Counted from the stretch's first letter, positions 9,142 to 17,745 are shown. The stretch is DNA of 57,471 nt from Candidatus Dojkabacteria bacterium (GCA_015489595.1 WFZK01000010.1:1-57471); one strand, 5' to 3'. The notes: generated by a model not told the origin, from the letters alone. Program-made: numbers and translations.

Positions 9142-9378
9142 ATGGCAGTTGTTGTGATTCATCAAAATGAATCGATTAATACAGCCCTGGCTCGGTTTCA
9201 GCGTCAGGTGATGAAAGAAGGAATTATAAGTGACGTACTTGCACACAGGTGGTATATCTCAAAAAGCGAGGTAAAAAGGTTTAAAAGGATGGCTATAAGG
9301 CGCTTGCGAAAGCGCAGACGCAGACGTTTAAGAAAGAAACCTCAAGTAAAAGTAAATCTAAAGCCTAAGATTCTCTAG
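9142..9378 (+). CDS. rpsU: 30S ribosomal protein S21
   Basis: ESINTALARFQRQVMKEGI followed by a very basic tail. TGaTATAAT extended -10 lies 9 nt upstream. Confidence 0.85.
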   Translation: MAVVVIHQNESINTALARFQRQVMKEGIISDVLAHRWYISKSEVKRFKRMAIRRLRKRRRRRLRKKPQVKVNLKPKIL

Positions 9379-9380
9379 GC

Positions 9381-9839
9381 ATGGGAGAAAAGAATATTAC
9401 CCGTTTGGAGAAAGAGATAAGAGAAGCCTATCTTAAGGCCAGAATTAAGAAGGATCCTGTTAAGGCAGCTATCTTATCGTTGGTAATCGCAGAGATAGAG
9501 AATCAAACTATTGCGAATAATCGTGAGCCTTTATCTGAGGATAAAATAGTTCAAATTATCAGAAAGTTTGTAAAAGAGGGGGAGGAAAATATAGAGCTTT
9601 ATTCTAAGCAAGGGAGAACAGACAAAGTTCTAGAAGAGAGTATGCAGGTGAAGCTGCTTAAGCAGTTTTTACCCGAACCGGTGAGTCAAGAGGAAGTGTT
9701 GGCTAGCATTAAAGAGCTAGTTCAGAACGGCATTACTAATTTCGGAGATCTGATGAGGATTTTGATGGAAAAGTACGGCCCTCGTGTAGAGCCTAAGGTG
9801 CTTAGCGATCTTATTAGGAAGGTCCTCAATGAAGGTTAG
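9381..9839 (+). CDS. GatB/YqeY domain protein
   Basis: Sequence pattern typical of YqeY (ILSLVIAEIENQTI..., QFLPEPVSQEEV), in the conserved position after rpsU. Confidence 0.75.
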   Translation: MGEKNITRLEKEIREAYLKARIKKDPVKAAILSLVIAEIENQTIANNREPLSEDKIVQIIRKFVKEGEENIELYSKQGRTDKVLEESMQVKLLKQFLPEPVSQEEVLASIKELVQNGITNFGDLMRILMEKYGPRVEPKVLSDLIRKVLNEG

Positions 9840-10218
9840 GTTCTTTTTTGAGAAGGAGTTTACGAGAACAAAGGAATGTCTGGAAAGCCTCGACGTTCCG
9901 AGTTTAGAAAAGCGTTTTAGAGACTTATCCTATAATGTAAATATCTATTTTCTCTCTAAAAAAACTATAGAATATCTGAACAATAAGTTGTTTGGCAGGA
10001 AAGGACCCACGGATGTAATCTCCCTTGATCTGGGGGAGATAGGCGAGCTGTATATTTCTCCCTATCAGGTGTCAGCTAACGCCAGAAACTATCATCAAGC
10101 TTTTTGTAGGGAACTCTTAAGAGTGATAATTCACGGTCTTTTGCACCTTTCTGGACATAGGCACTCTCGCCAAATGTTTGCTATTCAAGAACAGTTGTTG
10201 GATAATCTTTATAGATAA
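9829..10218 (+). CDS. ybeY: rRNA maturation endoribonuclease YbeY
   Basis: Metal-binding motif HGLLHLSGHRH. Confidence 0.8.
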   Translation: MKVRFFFEKEFTRTKECLESLDVPSLEKRFRDLSYNVNIYFLSKKTIEYLNNKLFGRKGPTDVISLDLGEIGELYISPYQVSANARNYHQAFCRELLRVIIHGLLHLSGHRHSRQMFAIQEQLLDNLYR

Positions 10219-10235
10219 GTTATAAGTTAAGTTTT

Positions 10236-10811
10236 ATGGTAGATAGCGAAAAGATTAGGTTCAATGCAAGAGGGATGGAACTTTCAGATGCTCTGGTGGA
10301 TTATTTTCTTGAGAAGTTCAGCAAGGTTGAGCATCAACATCTTATTGAGTGGGTGGATGTAGAATTCGCCCAGACGAAGTTTCATAGAGGCGCTGATAGT
10401 GATTTTTATGTTAGAGTTCTTATTAAGTTACCTAAGGCCTATATTAGAGTAAAGAAGACTGGGAGTGACATTTATGCCATCGTGGATGAGATTTCGGATA
10501 TTTTGGTTAGTAAGGTCCAACAGTATTTTGATGAGCTTGCAGAAAAGCCAGCAAAAGAGAAGGTGGTTGTAGTTCCAGATTACGAACGGGAAAAGCTGTA
10601 TTCCCCGCAGTACTTAGATTATAAGGCGAAGGTGAGAAGGAAAGAGCTGCAGGAAATGACACCAATTAGTGTTCAAGAAGCTGTAGCGCATCTAGAACTT
10701 TTAGATTTGCCTGCTTATATTTTTAGAAATGTTGATGAAAACAACCAAATCCAGATGATTTATAAAGATGGAGATGAGTATGTACTGGTTGTGCCGCCGG
10801 CAGGTTTTTAG
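10236..10811 (+). CDS. hpf: Ribosome hibernation promoting factor, long form
   Basis: N-terminal S30AE/RaiA fold (RGMELSDALVDYFLEKFSKV) plus a C-terminal dimerisation domain (MTPISVQEAVAHLELLDLPAYIFRN). Confidence 0.8.
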   Translation: MVDSEKIRFNARGMELSDALVDYFLEKFSKVEHQHLIEWVDVEFAQTKFHRGADSDFYVRVLIKLPKAYIRVKKTGSDIYAIVDEISDILVSKVQQYFDELAEKPAKEKVVVVPDYEREKLYSPQYLDYKAKVRRKELQEMTPISVQEAVAHLELLDLPAYIFRNVDENNQIQMIYKDGDEYVLVVPPAGF

Positions 10812-10943
10812 AGACGCCTGAGTTAAAGGTGGCGCAGGGTTCATGTAACTATTTTTCAGAAAGAGGGGATTACACAGTAGGGCATAGAGAAAGTCTGAAG
10901 GGTGGTTTTGTCGTATGCTAAAAACAGTAAAAAGGTCTAATCC

Positions 10944-10980
10944 GCGTGGGAAGGGGTAAAATGGCTTACCCTTCCCACGC
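10944..10980. terminator. Hairpin between convergent hpf and the SurA-like gene (type-1 repeat relative), likely a bidirectional terminator
   Basis: GCGTGGGAAGGG(g)TAA / TTACCCTTCCCACGC with one bulge, followed by T-rich CTTTAGTATTTTATTTCTTTTT on the + strand. Confidence 0.5.
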
Positions 10981-10990
10981 CTTTAGTATT

Positions 10991-11839
10991 TTATTTCTTT
11001 TTATTTTCTGTTTTCTGGGTGGGTGTTGTCTTAGCTGGCTTCTTTTCAGTAGGTGTTGGCTTTGGTTTCTGTGTCTGACTCTGGGTTTGCTTTTTATGTT
11101 CTTTAGTTTTCTTCTCTATAGCTTGTACGATTTCCCTAATTACCGGGAGGCGAGCGAGACCTTTGCCAGGCCAGTATTTGTATGGTTCTTCAAGGTAGTT
11201 GTGAAGAGAGCTTGAGACTTCACTCATCTTGGAGTCTAGCCAAGCTTTTTCAAGTTCATTTATTTTTACTTTCTTATATGTTTCCTTTACCTTATTTACT
11301 ACGTCTTTGAATTTTTTGCCTTTAAATTCAGGGCTGTCTTTTAGGTTTTGGTTGAAGAACTCCTCAAGATCCTTCTGAGTGGGTTCTTTATAATCTTTTT
11401 CTACAATCTTCTCGAGAGTAAGTTTCATCTTAATGAGTTGCTTTAAGTCTTCTAGAGTTAGACCCTGGGCCTGGATGGTCCTTAAGAAAACCTGTTCTCC
11501 ACCGTAACTCTTCTTGAGCTGTTCGATTTCTTGTTCAATCTCTGCTTTTGTTACGTTAATCCCCTGCTTCTTGGCCTCACGGCTTATTATTTGCTTTGAG
11601 ATCTCATACTCTATTAACACCTGAGGAGTGGTTGGAAGTTTAGTTCTAAGGAACCTATTTACTATATCTGATTTTTTGACTACATAACCTTGAGGGCTTT
11701 CTGCCACTACAGTCTGTTTGACATAGAACTGGATAGCTGCATCCAGAGCAAATAGAAGTATTACGAAGGTGAACACCACCTTTAAGATCTTTATAGTTTG
11801 GGGGGATACTTTAAGCTGAATCTTTTTAGCTTTGGACAT
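10991..11839 (-). CDS. SurA-N/PpiD-like periplasmic chaperone without PPIase domain, with a K/T/Q-rich tail
   Basis: N-terminal TM helix, then the SurA_N-like pattern VLIEYEISKQIISREAKKQGINVTKAEIEQEIEQLKKSYGGEQVF. No parvulin motif was seen. Confidence 0.55.
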   Translation of the reverse strand: MSKAKKIQLKVSPQTIKILKVVFTFVILLFALDAAIQFYVKQTVVAESPQGYVVKKSDIVNRFLRTKLPTTPQVLIEYEISKQIISREAKKQGINVTKAEIEQEIEQLKKSYGGEQVFLRTIQAQGLTLEDLKQLIKMKLTLEKIVEKDYKEPTQKDLEEFFNQNLKDSPEFKGKKFKDVVNKVKETYKKVKINELEKAWLDSKMSEVSSSLHNYLEEPYKYWPGKGLARLPVIREIVQAIEKKTKEHKKQTQSQTQKPKPTPTEKKPAKTTPTQKTENKKK

Positions 11840-11886
11840 TTTTTAATAATTTCAGAAATTATATGCTTGCCTTATTATACATGAAT

Positions 11887-13233
11887 TTACTTCAGATGGT
11901 AATAAATGGAGATCAGCCCACCTCCGTGGTCTATTAAGACGTATTTTGATCCGTAAATATCTCGCCCCCTGTATAATTTCCCTCCTAGCACGGCGCGGAC
12001 TGGGGCTCCTTCCCCGGTTTGATTAAAACACGCAACATTCGGGAGGCTTTTGTACCACCTAGTTCCATAGATGTATGCTGGACACCGGATATCTTTTTTC
12101 TTTTTACAGTATTTACTCCCATTATGGAGTCCTGCTCCCATACTGACCATATCTAAGGCGTAACCTTCATGGAACCATTGGGTAATTAAGGGTTTGGGGA
12201 CTGGAGTGAGAGCTCTTCCAGGTAGCAGGTATGAGCCGCTTAGTTTTAAATAGCCAGAGGCTAGAGGATTAAGGGGGATTCTACGGCGTCCAGAAACTTT
12301 ATACATAGCAAAGTGCAAGTGTGAGCCAAAAGAGCAGCCTGTATGACCTTGGTAGCCGATTATAGAGCCTTTGGCTACAGTGGCGCCGGTGCCTGGTAGG
12401 TTGCCTTCAGCCCACATCTGCAATAAGACGTCGGTTAGTGCTTTGTCTACCTGATTTTCAACCTTTTTAAGTTCACTCATCCGTTTTCTTACTTCAGCTT
12501 CGCTTTTTCTTATTTGTGCTAGGAGTCGCTGCGCTTTGGCTTTTTGGGCTTTAAGTTCGTTTTGCGCTTTAACTAATTCCTGGTTTTGCCTCTCTATATC
12601 AGCCTGAGTTACAAGGATGTGATTTTCTTGGAGTTTGAGTTTTTTTAGCTCTTTGTTGATCTGTTCAGAGAGTTGTTTGTAGTAATAAACCTTTCCTTTA
12701 TTTGTGTTTACATAGTAATTGTAAAGTTCAATTAGTTCAAAAAGGTCGTAGAGGTCTCCTTTCGCCAGGTAATAATACCAGGGGGTTGAAGAGAGAGCGT
12801 ATTTTAGAGCTAGTGCACTGGTCATCTTGCGTTTAAGTATATTAATCTCCTCTTGATACGCGTCTATTTTGTCTTGGATTTGTTTTTTCTCGTCTTGAGC
12901 TTTCTTTAAATCTAGGGAAAGGATTTCAATCTTTAACTTAATCTCTTTGAGCTTAAGTTCTAGGTCTTTAATTTTTGCATTGGTGTATTGGAGCTGAGCG
13001 TAGATGTTATCTTCTTGTTTAGTGAGCTGGGAGAGTTGTTTTTTCAGTGAATTTCTTTGTTGCTCAACATTCTGTTTTTTCTCCTGCAGATACGCATAAC
13101 ATTGTTCTAGATTATAGTCGCGAGGACAGGTATATGACTGTTCAGCATAAGTGGAAGACCTAAGACCTAGATAAAGTACAACCACCAGACCTAATGTTAT
13201 AAGGACAATTAACAGTCTGATACGTTTAGTCAT
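11887..13233 (-). CDS. EnvC/PcsB-like coiled-coil M23 peptidase (M23 domain appears circularly permuted)
   Basis: Signal anchor, ~230 aa coiled coil, GYQGHTGCSFGSHLHF, and a C-terminal PVRAVLGG...VLIDHGGGLISIYYHLK. It overlaps ftsX. Confidence 0.8.
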   Translation of the reverse strand: MTKRIRLLIVLITLGLVVVLYLGLRSSTYAEQSYTCPRDYNLEQCYAYLQEKKQNVEQQRNSLKKQLSQLTKQEDNIYAQLQYTNAKIKDLELKLKEIKLKIEILSLDLKKAQDEKKQIQDKIDAYQEEINILKRKMTSALALKYALSSTPWYYYLAKGDLYDLFELIELYNYYVNTNKGKVYYYKQLSEQINKELKKLKLQENHILVTQADIERQNQELVKAQNELKAQKAKAQRLLAQIRKSEAEVRKRMSELKKVENQVDKALTDVLLQMWAEGNLPGTGATVAKGSIIGYQGHTGCSFGSHLHFAMYKVSGRRRIPLNPLASGYLKLSGSYLLPGRALTPVPKPLITQWFHEGYALDMVSMGAGLHNGSKYCKKKKDIRCPAYIYGTRWYKSLPNVACFNQTGEGAPVRAVLGGKLYRGRDIYGSKYVLIDHGGGLISIYYHLK

Positions 13234-14155
13234 AGTTTAACTTCTTTATAGTATTATTTACCGCCATATTACCGAAGACGTATCCTATTATAAACCCTAA
13301 TATGCCCTCTGCAAGGATCGCTGTGGTTATTGCTCTATTGTTTATAAGCTGAGGGATCTCTAATACTGTGAGGAGGTTGTGTAGGCTTTTAATAAAGTAA
13401 TTATCAGCGAGTAACAGTTTTAAAAGCAGAGCAGTAGAGGTCAACACAGCAAAAGCAGCAAGGGCAGATAGAGCCCCGTAGATCCCCCCTTGAATGGCGA
13501 ATGGCTGCGTTATGGTAGATTTTGGAGCCCCTACTAAGTACATGGTTTTTATCTCGTCTTTTAATTTAGTTACACTAAAGCTTATGGTCATATAAATAAG
13601 TTGGAGGGATATCACAATAAGGCCTCCTGAGATAATTCCTCCGGCTATTTTTATTCCTTTACTAATCGTTCGGATACGATCTATGAGTTTTTTAAAATAA
13701 ACGACGCTTACTATAGGAATGCCTCGTTTCTGCTCTTTGTCTATCCTATTTAGGATATCTTGATAAGGTTGGTTAGGTTTAAGTTCGATTTGGAGAATTT
13801 TTATAGCATTTTCTTGATTCTGGAGAAACTCCTCTATTTGGTCCTCTGAAAGTCCTAGGGATTTTAGGGTTTCCCTTTGTAAGGTGGCTGAATCTTTATA
13901 GATGACGCGTCGTACGGATGGGTATTTTTCTAATTCTTTTTTAAGGGTCATTATTTCTTCTTTTTTAGCATCAGGGTCATATAAGATAGAGATCTTCTGC
14001 TGTTTGTTAAGATAAGCTGCTATTCTGTCGGTTATAATCTGGGCGCTCAGGAAAATGTTTATTAGAATGAAGGTAATTGTGAGTACTATTATGGTTGCTA
14101 TAGACAGTGCTTTGTTCCTCCTGATGTATTCTAAGGCGTACTTAAGCTTAAGCAT
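13226..14155 (-). CDS. ftsX: Cell division permease FtsX
   Basis: Four-TM topology with a large first extracytoplasmic loop. Positioned directly after ftsE; the ftsX start codon overlaps the ftsE stop codon by 1 nt. Confidence 0.8.
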   Translation of the reverse strand: MLKLKYALEYIRRNKALSIATIIVLTITFILINIFLSAQIITDRIAAYLNKQQKISILYDPDAKKEEIMTLKKELEKYPSVRRVIYKDSATLQRETLKSLGLSEDQIEEFLQNQENAIKILQIELKPNQPYQDILNRIDKEQKRGIPIVSVVYFKKLIDRIRTISKGIKIAGGIISGGLIVISLQLIYMTISFSVTKLKDEIKTMYLVGAPKSTITQPFAIQGGIYGALSALAAFAVLTSTALLLKLLLADNYFIKSLHNLLTVLEIPQLINNRAITTAILAEGILGFIIGYVFGNMAVNNTIKKLNYD

Positions 14156-15066
14156 TACTCGATAGCAGTTAGTTTAGTTAAGGCTTCTTTTAACGTCTCT
14201 ATCTCTTTATAAGAGAAATCAAGTTCCTCCTTTAGCTCTTTAGGGGTGAGGGCAAGAATTTCAGAGATGTTCTTGGGATTAATTTGCATTATCTTTTGAA
14301 AGACAGAGGCAGGAAGATGTTTTGAGAGCCATAAGAGTTTTTTGTCTTTTAGCTTGGGAGCGCTCGGAATGTAAAGAGTCGAGAGGTGCTTCCTAGATAC
14401 TTCTGTGGTTAGAATTCCATCTACGAGTTTCCAGATCTTAAATTTAGGGTACTTTTGAACTATATCTAGGCGGTGGGTTGCCATAATTATAGCTGTGCCG
14501 TTTTCGTGGATCTTTTTAAGAATTTCCATTATTAGCTCAGAGTTCTCATCATCTAGGTCTCCTGTTGGCTCATCTGCAAGAAGAATTTTGGGACGGTTAG
14601 CAACCGCTCTGGCGATGGCAACTCTTCTTTTCTCTCCACCTGAGAGCTGGGAAGGGAACATATCAGCTCTGTCTTTAAGTTCTACAAGTTCTAACAGGTA
14701 TTCTGTGATTTGTTCTCTTTGTTTTTTGGGAGTTTTAAGAATCTCCAAGACAAATTCTATATTTTCCCGAGCGGTTTTGTGTTCTAAAAGTTTATAGTCT
14801 TGGAATACTACCCCCATGTGCTGACGGTAAAGCTGCAGAAGGTTTCCTTCAAGATGGGTAATTTCAATATCGTTAAAGAAAAGTTGACCACGAGTTGGGT
14901 ATTCTTCTAGAAAAAGAATTTTAAGCAAGGTTGTTTTCCCTGCTCCTGATTTGCCGACTAGGAAGACAAAGTCATCTGGAGCAAGGGTAAATGTGGCGTT
15001 CTGGATAGGGGTTATAGTCTTGCCACCTATGTGGTAAATTTTAGCTAGATTAATGCCTTTTAACAT
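14155..15066 (-). CDS. ftsE: Cell division ATP-binding protein FtsE with ~80 aa C-terminal extension
   Basis: Walker A GKSGAGKTT, signature LSGGEKRR, Walker B ILLADEPTGDLD. The tail after about aa 222 is extra. Confidence 0.9.
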   Translation of the reverse strand: MLKGINLAKIYHIGGKTITPIQNATFTLAPDDFVFLVGKSGAGKTTLLKILFLEEYPTRGQLFFNDIEITHLEGNLLQLYRQHMGVVFQDYKLLEHKTARENIEFVLEILKTPKKQREQITEYLLELVELKDRADMFPSQLSGGEKRRVAIARAVANRPKILLADEPTGDLDDENSELIMEILKKIHENGTAIIMATHRLDIVQKYPKFKIWKLVDGILTTEVSRKHLSTLYIPSAPKLKDKKLLWLSKHLPASVFQKIMQINPKNISEILALTPKELKEELDFSYKEIETLKEALTKLTAIE

Positions 15067-15075
15067 ATTTGATCA

Positions 15076-15084
15076 ATTATAGCA
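15076..15084 (-). promoter_or_regulatory. Extended -10 promoter (TGcTATAAT) 9 nt upstream of the ftsE ATG
   Basis: The reverse complement of 15076-15084 reads TGCTATAAT. Hairpin 15095-15139 lies immediately upstream. Confidence 0.5.
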
Positions 15085-15094
15085 TGGTGATAGT

Positions 15095-15139
15095 CGGGCG
15101 GGGGCAAAATGTGGGGATACCACATTTTGCCCCCGCCCG
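15095..15139. repeat. Type-1 palindromic repeat (20 bp perfect stem, 5 nt loop)
   Basis: CGGGCGGGGGCAAAATGTGG-ggata-CCACATTTTGCCCCCGCCCG. Confidence 0.9.
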
Positions 15140-15229
15140 CAAAGTAACTTCCTTTTTCACAGTACTGCAGAGTCATCTACCAGCAGGATAATTCAAAACG
15201 GTTATGGGAATCAATTCTAGAAGGTTTAC

Positions 15230-15257
15230 GCAAAAATCGAAGAAAGCCGATTTTTGC
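15230..15257. repeat. Type-2 palindromic repeat, short copy (10 bp stem)
   Basis: GCAAAAATCG-aagaaagc-CGATTTTTGC. Confidence 0.7.
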
Positions 15258-15309
15258 CCGCGTCTCCTAAACGTGACATTCTTAATTTGGCTCGCGTTTA
15301 AGTAGAGAT

Positions 15310-16236
15310 TTATAAATGGGCGGTCTTTTTTGACTTTACTGCTCTGTAAAGGTTAGACACCAAGAAAAGGTGTAGTTTGCCTTGTTTTAGGGCTTCCTGT
15401 GCGTTAGATTGTTTTATACGCTCCCTATGATCTTTGATCTGATCCAGGGTTAGGTCGTAGGTCCTTATAATACTTTGATTTCGGGTGGCTCTTATTCTCT
15501 CTAGGGTTTTTTGTTGGGATAGTTGGGCATGTTGATAGAGTTTGGCTTTAAGGAGTTCTAAAGCGGTTTGTCTGTTTTGGTGTTGGCTTCTGTATTTACT
15601 GCTTTTTACTATTATCCCTGTGGGTTTGTGTTTCACTATGACAGCTGTTTCCGTTTTGTTTGTGTATTGGCCGCCAGGGCCTGAGGCCCTGGCGGCCTTA
15701 ATTTCCAGATCAGTCGGATTGATGTTTACGGACTCTGTCTTTATAGCTGGCAGAACTAAGACTTCGGCGTTTGAGGTGTGAACCTTTTTGTCTTTGGAGA
15801 AAGGACTGATCCTTTCCAGTCTATGACTTCCCTCTTCTTCTTTAAAGATTAGATACGCTGCGGGATCGTTGATTTTTAGAGTGCCACCTGTTATTCCGGC
15901 TGTGGGGTCGTAGGAGATATCTATTATTTCAAAAGGGACGTTTAAATTTTCCAGCGCTTTAATATAGCTCTTAAATAGCATAAGAGTAAAATCTTTTGCA
16001 TCTAGTCCACCTTGTCCTGGATGTATTTCAAGATAGGCCTGCTGTGGTTTTTCAATATTATGTGTAAAAAATTTAATGAGGGAGCTTTTTGCTAGATTCT
16101 CGTATTCTTCCGGGAATTGGGATTTGTACTCCTCAGCTTCTTTGATAAGTTCAATAACCTTAGAAAGATTATAAAGCTCTCCTAGCTCTAGAAGTTTTTT
16201 AAGGGTCATTTTTTCAATAAGTGAGTGGATAAGCAT
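15310..16236 (-). CDS. prfB: Peptide chain release factor 2 (short N-terminal domain, no frameshift site)
   Basis: SPF tripeptide (ERISPFS) and GGQ motif (RASGPGGQYTNKTETAV). Confidence 0.9.
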   Translation of the reverse strand: MLIHSLIEKMTLKKLLELGELYNLSKVIELIKEAEEYKSQFPEEYENLAKSSLIKFFTHNIEKPQQAYLEIHPGQGGLDAKDFTLMLFKSYIKALENLNVPFEIIDISYDPTAGITGGTLKINDPAAYLIFKEEEGSHRLERISPFSKDKKVHTSNAEVLVLPAIKTESVNINPTDLEIKAARASGPGGQYTNKTETAVIVKHKPTGIIVKSSKYRSQHQNRQTALELLKAKLYQHAQLSQQKTLERIRATRNQSIIRTYDLTLDQIKDHRERIKQSNAQEALKQGKLHLFLVSNLYRAVKSKKTAHL

Positions 16237-16280
16237 AGGGGTTGCAGTTATAATCTGAATGTTATTTAGGATTATAACGC

Positions 16281-17531
16281 ATGGTGCGAATTCGAACCGT
16301 AGGCATTCTCTATCTAGGGCATATTGTAATAAGACTTCTGGCCTTTCTTAGGTTTTACTTTCTTTCAAGAATTTACGGGGCCAATGCTATTACTGATAAA
16401 TATCTGCTTTTCCTACTTGCTATGGAAACTCTTGCTTCTCTTTTGGCTAATAACCATGTTATTTCTCTCCTTATGCGGTATTTGGGCGAGTTAAAACTTC
16501 CTTTAGAAAAAGCGGAGGTGTTTTCAGCCATTATCTTCCTTATTGTGCTGGGAGGCGGGCTGGGTGCGCTGGTGGTGGGAGTTGTTATGATTGTGCTTTT
16601 TGACTTTTCTGTCTTTGAAGGTATATTTGCTGGAATTATCGGTTACTTTTTTGTGGTTTCTGTCGCGATTCAGAGTATCTTAAATCACTTGGAGCAATAT
16701 GAATTGGTAGTGTATCAGGGCATTATAGGGCATTTGGTCTTGGTGATAGGCGTATTTTTGGGATCTCCTTTTCTTCTGTATGCTTCCCTTGCATTATTCG
16801 GGATTGTGCGTGTAGGGTTTGTGTTGATATTTCTTTTAAGAAAGAATTGGCTTAGCTTAAGGAGCTTCCTTTCGCTTAGTTTACACCTTTTGCCTAAGAA
16901 TCTTCTAAAAGAACTCGGCTGGATTGTGGTTTCTGTAGGGATGGGGATTGCTGTCGGCTTTTTTCAGAATTACATAATTCAAAAACATGGTGTGGGTTAT
17001 TTAAGCGCCTACAACTATGCTTTCCGATTAATTAGCGCGATTGCTGCTTTCGTTCTTATGCCTGTTGGGCCTGTTATTACGAATTATTTTATTAAGCTAA
17101 ACAGGGTAATTAAAAGAAGGATAATTAGAGTCTTATGGGTGAGGTTTATGTTGTTTAATCTCTCGCTGTTCGTTTTAGTGGGTTTTCTGTGGATTTTTGC
17201 TCCCTTTCTTATCAAGGTTATTTATTTTCACGGTGCATTTACTTATAAAAATTATGAGTTGACTTTGCGGTTCTTTAGGGCTTTGGTCGTGGTACTTTGG
17301 TCATTCAACCTGTTGAGTATTGTGGTGAAGGGCCTTTTAGTTATCCATAAGGTGACGATGGTTTTCATAGGGTATCTTTTGGGGAGTGCGCTATTCCTGC
17401 TCTTTTTTATAACTTGCGGTAATATTTTTTCTGCCCTGTTCTGGGGCTACCTCGCCTCAGGTGGAGTATTTTTGGCGCTAGGTTTTTTATTGCTTAGGAA
17501 TCTAGGGGCTTTAGTATCAGATAGAGGTTAA
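16281..17531 (+). CDS. MurJ/MOP-superfamily-like polytopic membrane protein (putative lipid II flippase)
   Basis: About 12 predicted TM segments. The N-terminus LLAFLRFYFLSRIYGANAITDKYLLF resembles the MurJ N-terminal pattern. Confidence 0.5.
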   Translation: MVRIRTVGILYLGHIVIRLLAFLRFYFLSRIYGANAITDKYLLFLLAMETLASLLANNHVISLLMRYLGELKLPLEKAEVFSAIIFLIVLGGGLGALVVGVVMIVLFDFSVFEGIFAGIIGYFFVVSVAIQSILNHLEQYELVVYQGIIGHLVLVIGVFLGSPFLLYASLALFGIVRVGFVLIFLLRKNWLSLRSFLSLSLHLLPKNLLKELGWIVVSVGMGIAVGFFQNYIIQKHGVGYLSAYNYAFRLISAIAAFVLMPVGPVITNYFIKLNRVIKRRIIRVLWVRFMLFNLSLFVLVGFLWIFAPFLIKVIYFHGAFTYKNYELTLRFFRALVVVLWSFNLLSIVVKGLLVIHKVTMVFIGYLLGSALFLLFFITCGNIFSALFWGYLASGGVFLALGFLLLRNLGALVSDRG

Positions 17532-17719
17532 TTAGGATGGATTACAGGGGTATTCCTCTCTAGGGTGTGGATTCATAGTGGGTTGAAAGGGTGTGGGGCA
17601 AAATATCTCAATACCGCATCCCCTCTTCGCCAAAGTGGGTTGATTTTTGTAGTACTGGAAAGCTGCCTGCCGATAGAAAGATTTAAACCACCAGAAGGAT
17701 AACAATCAAGGGAGCTGGG

Positions 17720-17745
17720 GCAAAATCGTCTTTTTCGATTTTTGC
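17720..17745. repeat. Type-2 palindromic repeat, weak copy (9 bp stem with one bulged T)
   Basis: GCAAAATCG-tcttttt-CGATTTTTGC. A degenerate type-1 copy, GTGTGGGGCAAAATATC..., lies at 17591-17625. Confidence 0.55.

Noticed and set aside
10946-11215. 89 aa + strand ORF rich in Phe, Leu and Cys
   Set aside because: It lies antisense to the C-terminal low-complexity tail of the SurA-like gene and starts inside the terminator hairpin. Its composition is the mirror image of the K/T/Q-rich sense frame.
16100-16280. Programmed +1 frameshift site in prfB
   Set aside because: Only 44 nt lie upstream of the ATG before the divergent gene. There is no upstream ORF0 and I saw no CTTTGAC-type site. The gene appears to be a single uninterrupted frame.
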